From a virus: 64,000 nt of DNA. Both the position numbers and the translations under genes were made by a program. The DNA is taken from IMG/VR virus record IMGVR_UViG_3300011258_001374, positions 1-64,000 of that record, one strand, 5' to 3'. The notes under the pieces are model-generated. The model was not told the DNA's origin. It was given only the letters and a program-made list of their open reading frames with translations, and made no database searches. Below, in pieces: positions 54,101 through 63,780 of the stretch (position 1 is its first letter; every line of letters begins with the position of its first letter).

Positions 54101-54694
54101 ATGGCAACCGAAGAAGGAAGCTGGGAAATTTTTGCTGAGGAATCGCAGACGCTTGAGACTACCGTCGTCATCGTAGACGCGGCCAGCACGGGCACAGTCG
54201 GAGCGTTGCGCACGCTTACCCATCCGGACACGGCGAGTTTTCCGATCACGACCTACAGTCGCAACCCCGACCGAACTATCAACTTCGATCAGGTGCCGCT
54301 TGCGCCTCCGATCTCTCAAGACTTCCTGACCCTAGGCACAACGCAGGTGTTTGTTCAGCCTACGGATATCGATGACGTGGTAGTCACCGAGCGATGGGAA
54401 GGCGGGGCCACACGAGCGAGCATGCTGGCCTCACAGTTCCGTCGTCTATACGAGATGGTGATCAACAAGCCGACGTTCGCTGATCCTGAAGTGTTTATTC
54501 AGTGGGCACCTGCGGATCGAACGGACAAGATCTACAACGTGATCCTGATGGACATCCGCGTAGGCGGTGGCTCTCGAGAACTGGACATGAAAGAAGTCGG
54601 CCTCTTCGCTGCTGGTTCGCTTGACGCTGTAGCCACCGGTTTGCTTGATCGAACCGTTGAGCTTGACCTGAAGATCGTCAGCGAGGTGGTCTGA
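54101..54694 (+). CDS. tail/baseplate structural protein
   Basis: 197 aa; contiguous operon. Confidence 0.4.
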   Translation: MATEEGSWEIFAEESQTLETTVVIVDAASTGTVGALRTLTHPDTASFPITTYSRNPDRTINFDQVPLAPPISQDFLTLGTTQVFVQPTDIDDVVVTERWEGGATRASMLASQFRRLYEMVINKPTFADPEVFIQWAPADRTDKIYNVILMDIRVGGGSRELDMKEVGLFAAGSLDAVATGLLDRTVELDLKIVSEVV

Positions 54695-54695
54695 C

Positions 54696-56582
54696 ATGCG
54701 GATTCTGTCTGCCAACTTGAATACTGTTCAGGTTCAGTTCCAACGATCAGTTGACTGGCGGGTGGAAGTGTACGATTTCGTCAGCACCCGCAGCAACACC
54801 GTGCCTGACAATATCAGTCGTTTGGTGCAGGGTGCGACGTTGGACGCTGTGACGGGACCGCTTGACATTACGAATAACGTAGTCGCTGTTGATATGACCG
54901 AACGCAGTAGCTATTTCGCCCAGGGATCGATGCAGGGCAACAGCATCACGATCAATTTTGCCGACCCCAACTTGCAGTTTGACCCGGTTGGAGGAGAGCA
55001 GTCTCGCTGGCTTCGGCAGGGAAACGCGATTCGCATCCGTGAGGGTGACAGTCGAAACACGCGCATTGTCAGCGAGCAGTTCACAGGGAGCGCGGCTTCT
55101 CTACCGCCGCTTGGAACGTACAGCTTGGCCGGGCGCGACGTCGATCGAAGCGGAACGATCGAAGTTCGTCAGGGCAGTGCCGCAGGAACCTTGCTCGTCG
55201 AGGATACCGACTACGTGGTGGACGATGTTGCGGGAACCCTGACGGGCCTGGGCACCCACTGGATTGACGCGACGGATTACTTCGTGACGTACACGGCTCG
55301 CGACATTCCAGTCCAGGACTGGCCTTTCACGTTCACGGGAACCATCATCGGGCGCGCGGGTGCTGAGCCTCGCGATCGATCAGGCAACGCCCTTCTACAA
55401 ATCGCAGCGGAGGATCGAACCTCGTCACTGCTCAAGACGAAGATCACCTCCCAGTCGTTTCCGCAAGGCACCGATCTGAACTTCGTTATGCGCGACATCC
55501 TTGAGACCGAGGTCCGGATGGCTGATGCAGAGTTCGACCTGGGCACCGTTGGGCTGGGGAATATCACCGCTCACGCTGTGACTCAGCTAGTGGATGAGAG
55601 TCCCATGTTGAGCTTGGCCAAGATCGCTTTCGGCGAGGGATTCGTTCCTCGGTTCCGAGGGGACGGTGTCCTCGAGTTGCAGCAGAGCTTCTCCGAGCAG
55701 GGCACCAACATCACCTACGACGACCAGAACATGTTCGAGGGGTTCTCCCGACCGTTCAGCCCACTGGAAGATGCGAACGAAGTCGAAGTCCTCGGGCTCG
55801 ATGCCGACCTGACGGAAATCCCTCAGCCCACGCAGGTACTCGCGACTGCCGGCGTGACGATGGGCTTCTTCGGGGGCAACGCCAGCATCAAGGTCCGGTG
55901 GTCTGACGATGACACCCAGCAGGCGCGCAACGCTCGTATCAACGTCATCAGCAGTGTCCGAGGAGCGCTCGTTCCGTTCGGCAGCGAAGAGGATTTCGAT
56001 CCCGTCTTGGACAACGACGGGGGCTCACGCAGCGGGCGCATCCGCGTTGAAGGCGCATTCTACGCACCGCTGGTCACCAGTCTGTTCGCCGCCCGGATCG
56101 CGGCCAGCTTCATCCCCGACACGTTCGCCGGGTTCGGTGGTGGCTCGACTATTCCCGTCGGTCGCATCATCGAGGGAGTGGCAGCGATTGCCATCGCGCT
56201 CGTGCAGGCGACGATCGGTCGTGGGGAGTACGAGATCCTGGGCGAACCGTACGAGTACGTTTTTCAGGAGCTGCGCGGAGTAGCTCGCGTTGAGGGTTTC
56301 GATCTGATCGATCGTCGACTGATCAGCATCGAGAATCATCTGCTGGACACACAGGCAAAGGTCGACGCAGTCGCGCTGCGCGAGCTTAAGACCGTCCGCA
56401 AGCGGGGCAACGTCTGGGGAACTTCCATGAAGCACGATCTGCGACTGGAGCCTGGGGATAAGTTTCTGCTGCCCGACGGTCGATCCTTCATCGTGACGGA
56501 GATCCAGCGGACCCTGTCGCGGGAAGACTCACAGGTTGCTAGCCTCGCGCTGTACGAGACCACCTTTGGAGTCAACCCATGA
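54696..56582 (+). CDS. large tail/baseplate protein
   Basis: 628 aa. Confidence 0.45.
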   Translation: MRILSANLNTVQVQFQRSVDWRVEVYDFVSTRSNTVPDNISRLVQGATLDAVTGPLDITNNVVAVDMTERSSYFAQGSMQGNSITINFADPNLQFDPVGGEQSRWLRQGNAIRIREGDSRNTRIVSEQFTGSAASLPPLGTYSLAGRDVDRSGTIEVRQGSAAGTLLVEDTDYVVDDVAGTLTGLGTHWIDATDYFVTYTARDIPVQDWPFTFTGTIIGRAGAEPRDRSGNALLQIAAEDRTSSLLKTKITSQSFPQGTDLNFVMRDILETEVRMADAEFDLGTVGLGNITAHAVTQLVDESPMLSLAKIAFGEGFVPRFRGDGVLELQQSFSEQGTNITYDDQNMFEGFSRPFSPLEDANEVEVLGLDADLTEIPQPTQVLATAGVTMGFFGGNASIKVRWSDDDTQQARNARINVISSVRGALVPFGSEEDFDPVLDNDGGSRSGRIRVEGAFYAPLVTSLFAARIAASFIPDTFAGFGGGSTIPVGRIIEGVAAIAIALVQATIGRGEYEILGEPYEYVFQELRGVARVEGFDLIDRRLISIENHLLDTQAKVDAVALRELKTVRKRGNVWGTSMKHDLRLEPGDKFLLPDGRSFIVTEIQRTLSREDSQVASLALYETTFGVNP

Positions 56583-57058
56583 GCAACGTCACCCAGCAGC
56601 TGATCGACCGAGACATTCGAGCCCGACAGGAAGTTCGTCGCGCCACAGTCCTGACTGAAGTTCGGCTTGTGGAATACAACCCAGGTGGGAATACGTTGGA
56701 GCGGAACCCTGTCTGGGTCGTTGACGTTGACATCGGCGGCACACGACCGGTTCGAAACGTTATTGTCAAATCTCCAACCGGACGTGGCGGTCGAGAGTTC
56801 GCTTCGTTCGGAAAGGCGATCGAGATTCAGCGAAACGCTGGAGGACGTTGGATCGTTATTGGATCAAGCGACCGCATCCGGAACACGACTAGCGTTCAGA
56901 CGCTGAGTGAAACGACTAACTTGTCCGCGGCAGCGTCAAACGAAGGCTTCACTTTCGTACGCCGACCTTACGACTTCTATCTTCTCAACGGATCATACGG
57001 CTCTGCCGGATACGGTGACACATTCACCGCTGACGCAGCAGGCAACGAGGTATTCTGA
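56579..57058 (+). CDS. tail/baseplate small protein
   Basis: 159 aa; ATGA overlap. Confidence 0.4.
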   Translation: MSNVTQQLIDRDIRARQEVRRATVLTEVRLVEYNPGGNTLERNPVWVVDVDIGGTRPVRNVIVKSPTGRGGREFASFGKAIEIQRNAGGRWIVIGSSDRIRNTTSVQTLSETTNLSAAASNEGFTFVRRPYDFYLLNGSYGSAGYGDTFTADAAGNEVF

Positions 57059-57059
57059 C

Positions 57060-58292
57060 ATGGCAACCAAGCTCGATCTTCTCAAGTTGTTCTCCACCGG
57101 CCAAGGCGTAGCGGGTGGATTGCCTAACTATGTCAACTACCCTTCGGACCACGACACCAACTACACGGCTGTCGAGACCACCGTCAACCAGATGATCGAC
57201 GAGATCAATGCCGCTCGCCTAACGGATTCGTCCATCCCTGTGGAAATGCTGCAGAGTGATGAGGTGACTGAGGGTCGATACTCTGCCGAGGACGCAGCTG
57301 TCACGCGTCCGACTGCCACCACGGTCACCGTCAGCAGCGGTCCGATCTACGTTGGCGGTCGTCGAGTTGTTGTGGTCGGTCAGACTTTCGACTTCACAGG
57401 GCTTACCGCCGACGCCACGATGTTCATCAACACTGATGAGAATGGTCTTCTGACCCTATCGACGACACCTGCTCAAGCTCATTTCGATCTGGTGAACGTG
57501 AACTGGGATGGCGCAACCCTGCTCGACACGGACGTCGTCGACAACATTTACAACAACGGCGAGACCCTGAATAACATCAAGCACGGTTACGTCCAGGAAT
57601 CAGGTGAGTTCCCCGGCAGCGTCACTGACGTCGACAACGTCGATTACCCTGGGCGACTCGCTCCCCCCATTCGGCACAAGAGCAAGGCTGGAGTGATCAA
57701 CGCCGCCGGTCTTTTCGCTGGCGACGACAATGTATTTGGTCGAGTCTCTGGGCTCGATTCCTCGAACGACACGGTCCTCGCTGAGATCCAAAACGCGTTC
57801 GGGCAAACCCTCCTCATGGAGCAGGCTCGTTGCATCGCCACGGCCACGGCTCAGGCTGCGGGTACGAGTGGTGGACTCGCTGCTCTCACCTTCGACGCCG
57901 CTGTCCGGCGCGAGCCTGCCTCCTATTTCACCAACCCGTGGTTCACAGGGACCGGCAACACGTTCACCCAGCCCGGGGCAACAGCCGCTGAGCGCTCGAA
58001 TTTCATCGGCACCTACGTCTTCCATGGATACGTCCAGTTCCCTGACGCTCTGTCGACTGGGCCCTTTCTCGTCGACGTCGTCGCTGATGGCGTGACGGTC
58101 TTCAACGCTCGCGTGGCCAAGGTGGCAGGCGGGATCACGACCGTTCCGATCTCGGGATTCTTCGAGCTGGCCGACACCGCGGCGAACACGATCCAAGTCC
58201 GCACGGCGCACTCCGCCGCGGGCGGGCTCAGCGTCGACGCTCGATTCGGGTTCATGATGATCGGTGGTCCCACGGACTACCTCGTGGTTTAA
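57060..58292 (+). CDS. putative tail fibre/receptor-binding protein
   Basis: 410 aa from MATKLDLLKLF; last structural gene before the lysis cassette. Confidence 0.45.
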   Translation: MATKLDLLKLFSTGQGVAGGLPNYVNYPSDHDTNYTAVETTVNQMIDEINAARLTDSSIPVEMLQSDEVTEGRYSAEDAAVTRPTATTVTVSSGPIYVGGRRVVVVGQTFDFTGLTADATMFINTDENGLLTLSTTPAQAHFDLVNVNWDGATLLDTDVVDNIYNNGETLNNIKHGYVQESGEFPGSVTDVDNVDYPGRLAPPIRHKSKAGVINAAGLFAGDDNVFGRVSGLDSSNDTVLAEIQNAFGQTLLMEQARCIATATAQAAGTSGGLAALTFDAAVRREPASYFTNPWFTGTGNTFTQPGATAAERSNFIGTYVFHGYVQFPDALSTGPFLVDVVADGVTVFNARVAKVAGGITTVPISGFFELADTAANTIQVRTAHSAAGGLSVDARFGFMMIGGPTDYLVV

Positions 58293-58337
58293 ACCCAACA
58301 GTTGAGGTGTCGAGCCCGGGTGAGCTAGACTCCCCTC

Positions 58338-58577
58338 ATGGAAGAGCTGCCTCACGCTGAGTTGCTACCGGACCGTAACGAAGGGCAGCGCCCCTGGACG
58401 TCTCGGCGCCGGCTCATGTACAGTGTGGTGGCGTTCTCTATGGCGTGCATCGTCTGGGCTCTCTACAAGGACACGGACACCCAGGTCATGCAGGCCGCGG
58501 TGGTCTCCGGCTTCACAACGATCTCGGCCATCACAGGCGCCTATGTCTTCGGCGCCGTTTGGAGCGACAAGCGATGA
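58338..58577 (+). CDS. holin candidate
   Basis: 79 aa with TM segments (YSVVAFSMACIVWALY, AAVVSGFTTISAITGAYVFGAVW); stop overlaps the i-spanin ATG. Confidence 0.45.
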   Translation: MEELPHAELLPDRNEGQRPWTSRRRLMYSVVAFSMACIVWALYKDTDTQVMQAAVVSGFTTISAITGAYVFGAVWSDKR

Positions 58578-59179
58578 TCCCGCCTCAGCTCGCCATCTTT
58601 GCGGCCAAGCACGCCAAGAAGCTGCTCATCGTGCTCGCGGTGCTAATCGTCATTGCTGGCGTGTGGTTCGCTGTGAAGATGCACGAACGGACTGTCGAGA
58701 AGCTCGCTGAATCTGAGGCGGCTCGAGCTGCCCAGGTGATGGCGCACGAGACGACACTTGCTAGCCTGGAGATTCAGAAACAGGCCGCTGCCCAGTGGCA
58801 GGCGTCCGCCAAGAAATACCAGGGGACACTGAATGAACAGAAGCGCATGCAAGCGGCAGCTGCAGAAGAGGGCCGACGCCTTTCAGAGACTCTTCGCGAT
58901 CATGATCTTGAACGCCTCGCTCGCGAAAAGCCGAGCCTTTTGGAGCGGACTATCAATCGTGGCACTGCTCGCATTATCGGGCTGCTCAACTGTAGCTCCA
59001 CCGCCCGCGGTTGTGACGGAGATCGTGGAGCTGCCGGACCCGACTCCGCCGATTCCGTATCCAGTCCCACTGTCTCTGGAGATGTTCGAATGGACGGTGA
59101 TGGCTCCCGGCTATTTTCGCGATCCGGACGAAGTTTATTTCTGCCTAGCGCCCCAGGGCTACGAAGCAGCAGCACGTAA
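58574..59179 (+). CDS. i-spanin (Rz-like)
   Basis: N-terminal TM LLIVLAVLIVIAGVWFAV then a long helical periplasmic domain; another-frame lipoprotein ORF overlaps it. Confidence 0.5.
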   Translation: MIPPQLAIFAAKHAKKLLIVLAVLIVIAGVWFAVKMHERTVEKLAESEAARAAQVMAHETTLASLEIQKQAAAQWQASAKKYQGTLNEQKRMQAAAAEEGRRLSETLRDHDLERLAREKPSLLERTINRGTARIIGLLNCSSTARGCDGDRGAAGPDSADSVSSPTVSGDVRMDGDGSRLFSRSGRSLFLPSAPGLRSSST

Positions 59180-59324
59180 CAACGGACAGCTGCTTCGGTT
59201 CACCAAAGAGGTGATGTGGCAGCTCCGGTACTATCACGGAGAACAGACGGAAGATGGAATGGGACGAGTCGACGAAAGCGTTGATCAACGACGTAGCAGA
59301 GAAGGCAGCGGACAAGACCGTTGA
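58902..59324 (+). CDS. o-spanin (Rz1-like lipoprotein), overlapped arrangement
   Basis: Lipobox LALSGC after a signal-like segment; Pro-rich mature region PPPAVVTEIVELPDPTPPIPYPVP; starts inside and extends beyond the i-spanin gene. Confidence 0.45.
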   Translation: MILNASLAKSRAFWSGLSIVALLALSGCSTVAPPPAVVTEIVELPDPTPPIPYPVPLSLEMFEWTVMAPGYFRDPDEVYFCLAPQGYEAAARNNGQLLRFTKEVMWQLRYYHGEQTEDGMGRVDESVDQRRSREGSGQDR

Positions 59325-59526
59325 ACGTACGATGACGACATTCGGCATTGACGTGCAGCACCCGCTCGACGTTCAGGCCGACTTTCGTTTCATCCGTGCT
59401 ATGCGTGAGACGTGGTCTTCCGCGAAGTCGCGAAGCGCCCTTGTTGCCATCGGCTTGATGGTCACGGGATTCTTCAGCTTCTTCTGGTCGGCAGTGAAGG
59501 CATCGATTGGGATGGGAACTAACTAA
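59254..59526 (+). CDS. small C-terminal-TM protein
   Basis: 90 aa; LVAIGLMVTGFFSFFWSAV TM near the C-terminus. Confidence 0.3.
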   Translation: MEWDESTKALINDVAEKAADKTVERTMTTFGIDVQHPLDVQADFRFIRAMRETWSSAKSRSALVAIGLMVTGFFSFFWSAVKASIGMGTN

Positions 59527-59541
59527 TAGCAGGGGGCTCCC

Positions 59542-61149
59542 TTGAGCGATACAAGGCCAAAGGGACTCAGCGATGAGCTGATCATCTCGAAGTGGGAACA
59601 GACGAACGGAAACGTTCGCAGCATCGCCAAACAACTCGGAATTTCTCGTGGCACGGTCTATCACTACGTCAACAAGCTAGGGCTGCGTGACGAGAAGCCG
59701 CTAGCCGGTGGAAGCATCAAGGCCAACAAGGCGAAGAAACTCGCGTTGCCGAAGGGCAACAAGGTCAAGCGCTATCTGTTGACTTCGCTTCAGAGCTGCA
59801 CCCACATCCACCCTGACGTGTGGGAGAACATCCTCGCGCTCAAAAAGTTCTGGAACGCAGAGCTTCACGTCGCGCGCTTCACCTACAACAAGAATTCCTA
59901 CGGGAAGATGTCCGTCAAGCCGGGCACCGACGAGGCTCGCGAGAGCGAACTCTGGTTCGATCCGATGGCGGAGCCGTTCTTCTCTGACGACTACCTCGCG
60001 CTCGCCCCTGGGCTCCACTGGTGTGGCCACACGAACGATCTTCCGACGACAGCGAAGCCGATGCAGGGATACGAGACGCTGACGGGCTCAGCCAGCTCGA
60101 TCTTCCCTCATGCAACGATGGATCTACATCCCGTTGCGACTAGCAAGATGGATCCCGCGAAGTTCATGTACACGACGGGAACTGTCGGCCAGATGAACTA
60201 CCTGCAGAAGAAGGCGGGCATCAAAGCTGAGCATCACCACGCGTACGGTTGCCTCGTCGCCGAGGTCAACTCCGACGGTGACTGGTGGGTCCGGCAGCTC
60301 CACGCTGGGCAGGATGGGTCGATCTACGACCTCGACGTGATCGCCCAGGGCGGGAAGGCGAAGAAGGCCACGGGGAAGACGGTCTTCGCGTGCAACTGGG
60401 GCGACATCCATCTCGAGAAGCCGGACGAGTTTCTGTTCAAGCGAACATGGGGCAAGGGCGGGATTCTCGACGAGCTACGCCCAGACGAGCAGTTCATGCA
60501 CGACCTGTTCGATCCGCCCAGGAACCACCACGACGACAAGGATCCGTACAAGCGCTTCGAGGCGTACGCGGATGAGAAGGACAGCGTCGAGCGCATGATG
60601 CGAAACGCGACGGACTTCCTGTCGATCGAATCGCGTCGCTCCTGGTGCAAGACAGTGGTCGTGAATTCCAACCACGATGACATGGTGGAGAAGTGGACGG
60701 CCTACGCTGACTGGAAAACCGATCCACCTAACGCGATCTTCTTGACGGAATGTGTTCTCGCGAAGCTGAAGGCGTTGCGGAACCAGGACAAAGACTTCTA
60801 CCTGCCTGCGTGGATCTGTGAGAAGATGGGAGTCCACAAGGAGGTAAAGTTTCTGCACCGCGACGAGGATCATATCCGTCTCGACATCCAGTTTGGTCAA
60901 CACGGCCACCTTGGTACGAACGGTGGACGCGGAGGAGTTGCCTCTTTCGCGAAGGTCAGCACCAAGATGAACGTTGGCCATATCCACTCGCCCTGGTTAT
61001 TCCAGGGGGTTGCGGTTGCCGGTATCTGGGGAGACCTTGACCAGGGCTACAACGACGGGCTATCCAGCTGGTCGCAGTCAATGATCGCCACGATGCGAAA
61101 CGGTCGACGACAAATACTCACCATCTGGAAGGGCAAGCACAAGGCGTGA
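59542..61149 (+). CDS. HTH (Fis-type) plus calcineurin-like metallophosphoesterase domain protein
   Basis: N-terminal NVRSIAKQLGISRGTVYHYVNKLGL HTH; C-terminal motifs CNWGDIH, VVNSNHDD, QHGHLG, VGHIHSP fit the metallophosphoesterase GDxH/GNHD/GH/GHxH series; 535 aa. Confidence 0.5.
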   Translation: MSDTRPKGLSDELIISKWEQTNGNVRSIAKQLGISRGTVYHYVNKLGLRDEKPLAGGSIKANKAKKLALPKGNKVKRYLLTSLQSCTHIHPDVWENILALKKFWNAELHVARFTYNKNSYGKMSVKPGTDEARESELWFDPMAEPFFSDDYLALAPGLHWCGHTNDLPTTAKPMQGYETLTGSASSIFPHATMDLHPVATSKMDPAKFMYTTGTVGQMNYLQKKAGIKAEHHHAYGCLVAEVNSDGDWWVRQLHAGQDGSIYDLDVIAQGGKAKKATGKTVFACNWGDIHLEKPDEFLFKRTWGKGGILDELRPDEQFMHDLFDPPRNHHDDKDPYKRFEAYADEKDSVERMMRNATDFLSIESRRSWCKTVVVNSNHDDMVEKWTAYADWKTDPPNAIFLTECVLAKLKALRNQDKDFYLPAWICEKMGVHKEVKFLHRDEDHIRLDIQFGQHGHLGTNGGRGGVASFAKVSTKMNVGHIHSPWLFQGVAVAGIWGDLDQGYNDGLSSWSQSMIATMRNGRRQILTIWKGKHKA

Positions 61150-61326
61150 GCTACCAGGGTCGTAGAGCGTTGCCGCCTGCGAAGGACGGTGACACGACCG
61201 ATGCGTTTAGCCGATGGCGTCGCATGCTGTGTTGTCTGAATCGAGCTGGCGTGATCAAGAAGACAAGGCGTCGCTTTCACAAGCGTGCTCGAAAAGAAGC
61301 AAAACATAAAATACGAGAGGAATAGC

Positions 61327-61818
61327 ATGAGCTGGAAACTATCACGACGATCCAAGAAAGAGCTTCTTCACGTTCACCCCGATCTGTGTCAGTTCGTTGA
61401 TTGTCTATTGGCCGAAAGTCCGGTCGACTTTGGTGTTCACGACGGTCTTCGCGAGAAGGCGGAACAGAAAGAGCTGGTTCGCATCGGTGCTAGTCGGACG
61501 ATGAAGTCCCGCCACCTGATCGGCAAGGACGGATACGGACATGCTGTCGATCTCGTTCCGTACATCAACGGCAAGCTTCGTTGGGAGTGGGAACCGATCT
61601 ACGAGCTGGCCGAGGCCGCTCGCCGAGTGTCGCTCGAGATCGAAGTTCCGATCCGCTGGGGCGGAGTGTGGGATCGCCGCCTGGGCAATCTCGAGGCCGG
61701 ATTCATGGAAGAGGAAGTCCAGGACTACGTCGCTCGCCGCAAGAAGCGCTTCCCGAAAAGAAAAGTCTTCATCGACGGTCCGCACTTTGAGCTGCCCCGA
61801 ATCAAAGCGTACCGGTGA
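61327..61818 (+). CDS. endolysin, peptidase M15 (VanY-like)
   Basis: KSRHLIGKDGYGHAVDLVP (SxHxxGxAxD) and FIDGPHFEL (DxxH) zinc-binding motifs; 163 aa. Confidence 0.7.
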   Translation: MSWKLSRRSKKELLHVHPDLCQFVDCLLAESPVDFGVHDGLREKAEQKELVRIGASRTMKSRHLIGKDGYGHAVDLVPYINGKLRWEWEPIYELAEAARRVSLEIEVPIRWGGVWDRRLGNLEAGFMEEEVQDYVARRKKRFPKRKVFIDGPHFELPRIKAYR

Positions 61819-63260
61819 GCTACGAGTATAAGACGTCCCCCTTCGCGCACCAGAAGGAGGACTTCGAACGCACTCGCGAGAAGCGCAGCTGGGCTCACTT
61901 CCACGAACAGGGCACAGGCAAGTCTAAGATCATCGTAGACTCCGCCGCCTATATGTATGAGGCCGGTGAGATCAACGGCATGTTAGTTGTGGCGCCCAAC
62001 GCCGTTCACCAGAACTGGCGGACGGATGAGCTGCCCGTGCATCTGCCGGACCGTATCGCTGAGAGAACGATGGCGGTCAGCTTCCTCAACGCCAAGAAGA
62101 AGACCAAGTGGCACCGCGATGAGCTGAAGGAGTTCCTTGCGTACAAGGACGGCTTCAAGGTTTTGACGATGCCGTACTCCGGTTTCATGACGAAGGAGGG
62201 CAAGGAACTCGCCTGGGCTTTCATGAAGCAAGGCATCATGCTGGTGTGCGACGAGTCGGGAGAAATCAAGACGCCCGGGGCGAAGCGAACGAAGAGCATG
62301 ATCGCCGCGGGAAAATACCCAGCGTACAAACGCATTCTCGACGGGACTCCAACAGCCCAGAGTCCGTTCGACGTCTACGCGCCCATTCGATTCCTCGACA
62401 GCGACTACTGGAAGGAATACAAAGTCCCGACGTTCCAGGCGTTCAAGCATCGGTTCGGCACGTTCATGGGTGCGCCTAACGGCGGTGAATTCTGCACTGG
62501 ATACATCAATCTCGATCAGCTCCACGATTGGATTCAACCGATCTCGTCTCGCGTCCTGAAAGAGGACGTGCTCGATCTTCCGGAGCGGCTGTACGCAAAG
62601 GCCGCGTTCGATATGACGCCCGAGCAAACACGCATCTACAAGATGTTGAAGGACGAGTATCGCGCCGAGATCAACGGCATGGAGTGGGACGCGGACCTTG
62701 CGATTGTTAGGCAGTTGCGCATGCAACAGGTCGCTTGTGGTTATCTCCCCACACCCGAGGAAGAAGGCCAATACGCAGAGCCTGTGCAGCTCATCGGGGA
62801 TACGAACCCACGACTGGAGCTGCAGCTGGAGCTGTTGGATCGCACGCCGCATCAGGCGATCATCTGGTGCCGCTTCACGATGGACATCGATCAGCTCATG
62901 AAGCGCCTGGGCAAGACCGCCGTTCGTCTCGATGGTCAGGTCGACGAGGGCGGCCGAGAGCGATCGAAGCGCATCTTCAAGGCAGGCGACGCGCAATGGA
63001 TGGTCGCGAACGCAGCCGTAGGTGGCACTGGGCTTACGCTCAACCACGCAAAGAGCATGTTCTTCTACAGCAACTCGTTTGTGCCCAGGCACCGCTTGCA
63101 GGCAGAAGACAGGAACCATAGAATTGGGCAGGACGTTTCTGTGCTCGTAACCGACCTGCTCGCACGCAACTCAATCGACTATCATATTGTCGACTCCCTC
63201 AGACGAAAAAGAAAAGTGTCGGCCGAGACGCTTGGAGATCGGGAAGTTGAATGGCTATGA
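61815..63260 (+). CDS. SNF2-family (DEAD/DEAH-box) helicase
   Basis: Motif I EQGTGKSK, motif II LVCDESGE, motif VI QAEDRNHRIGQ; 481 aa. Confidence 0.8.
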   Translation: MSYEYKTSPFAHQKEDFERTREKRSWAHFHEQGTGKSKIIVDSAAYMYEAGEINGMLVVAPNAVHQNWRTDELPVHLPDRIAERTMAVSFLNAKKKTKWHRDELKEFLAYKDGFKVLTMPYSGFMTKEGKELAWAFMKQGIMLVCDESGEIKTPGAKRTKSMIAAGKYPAYKRILDGTPTAQSPFDVYAPIRFLDSDYWKEYKVPTFQAFKHRFGTFMGAPNGGEFCTGYINLDQLHDWIQPISSRVLKEDVLDLPERLYAKAAFDMTPEQTRIYKMLKDEYRAEINGMEWDADLAIVRQLRMQQVACGYLPTPEEEGQYAEPVQLIGDTNPRLELQLELLDRTPHQAIIWCRFTMDIDQLMKRLGKTAVRLDGQVDEGGRERSKRIFKAGDAQWMVANAAVGGTGLTLNHAKSMFFYSNSFVPRHRLQAEDRNHRIGQDVSVLVTDLLARNSIDYHIVDSLRRKRKVSAETLGDREVEWL

Positions 63261-63412
63261 TGCGCGTTGGTGATATAGTCGTAACGCCCCTCGGATACGA
63301 GGCGAAGATCACGTCCTTCCACGGACCGTATGTCGACGTTAAATACCTGCCTGATTCGGGCTCTGCGGTGCGAATCAATACCTTCAAGAAGGAACAGTTG
63401 GTCATAAAATGA
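63257..63412 (+). CDS. small hypothetical protein (51 aa)
   Basis: MMRVGDIVVTPLGYEAKITSFHGPYVDVKYL...; ATG overlaps the SNF2 stop; below the track cutoff. Confidence 0.3.
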   Translation: MMRVGDIVVTPLGYEAKITSFHGPYVDVKYLPDSGSAVRINTFKKEQLVIK

Positions 63413-63780
63413 GCGTTGTCTACGTTGTCCAGAAGCAGATGAAGGTCGATTCCCGAACGGGTGATATGGTGTCTCGATTCGACTTGACCCAGGCCGAGAG
63501 GTATGGGACTATCAAATACTTGTTGTCGCCCAGAGCGAAGCCATACGGGGCCGGCGGAATCATCACGGAGCTATATGAAAAGCTCGACACTTTCTCTGAC
63601 TCAGACTACTTACTATTGGTCGGCAACCAATGTCTCGTCGGACTTGCTATGTCCGTCGCATCCGATCTCAATGACGGCATTGTGAACATCCTGCAATGGT
63701 CGGGACGTGATCAGGCATACGTCGAAATCAAGGCAAATATCAATGACCCAAACTACAGCACAGACTCCCCCAGCAGTTGA
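63409..63780 (+). CDS. hypothetical protein
   Basis: 123 aa; ATGA overlap with upstream ORF. Confidence 0.4.
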   Translation: MSVVYVVQKQMKVDSRTGDMVSRFDLTQAERYGTIKYLLSPRAKPYGAGGIITELYEKLDTFSDSDYLLLVGNQCLVGLAMSVASDLNDGIVNILQWSGRDQAYVEIKANINDPNYSTDSPSS

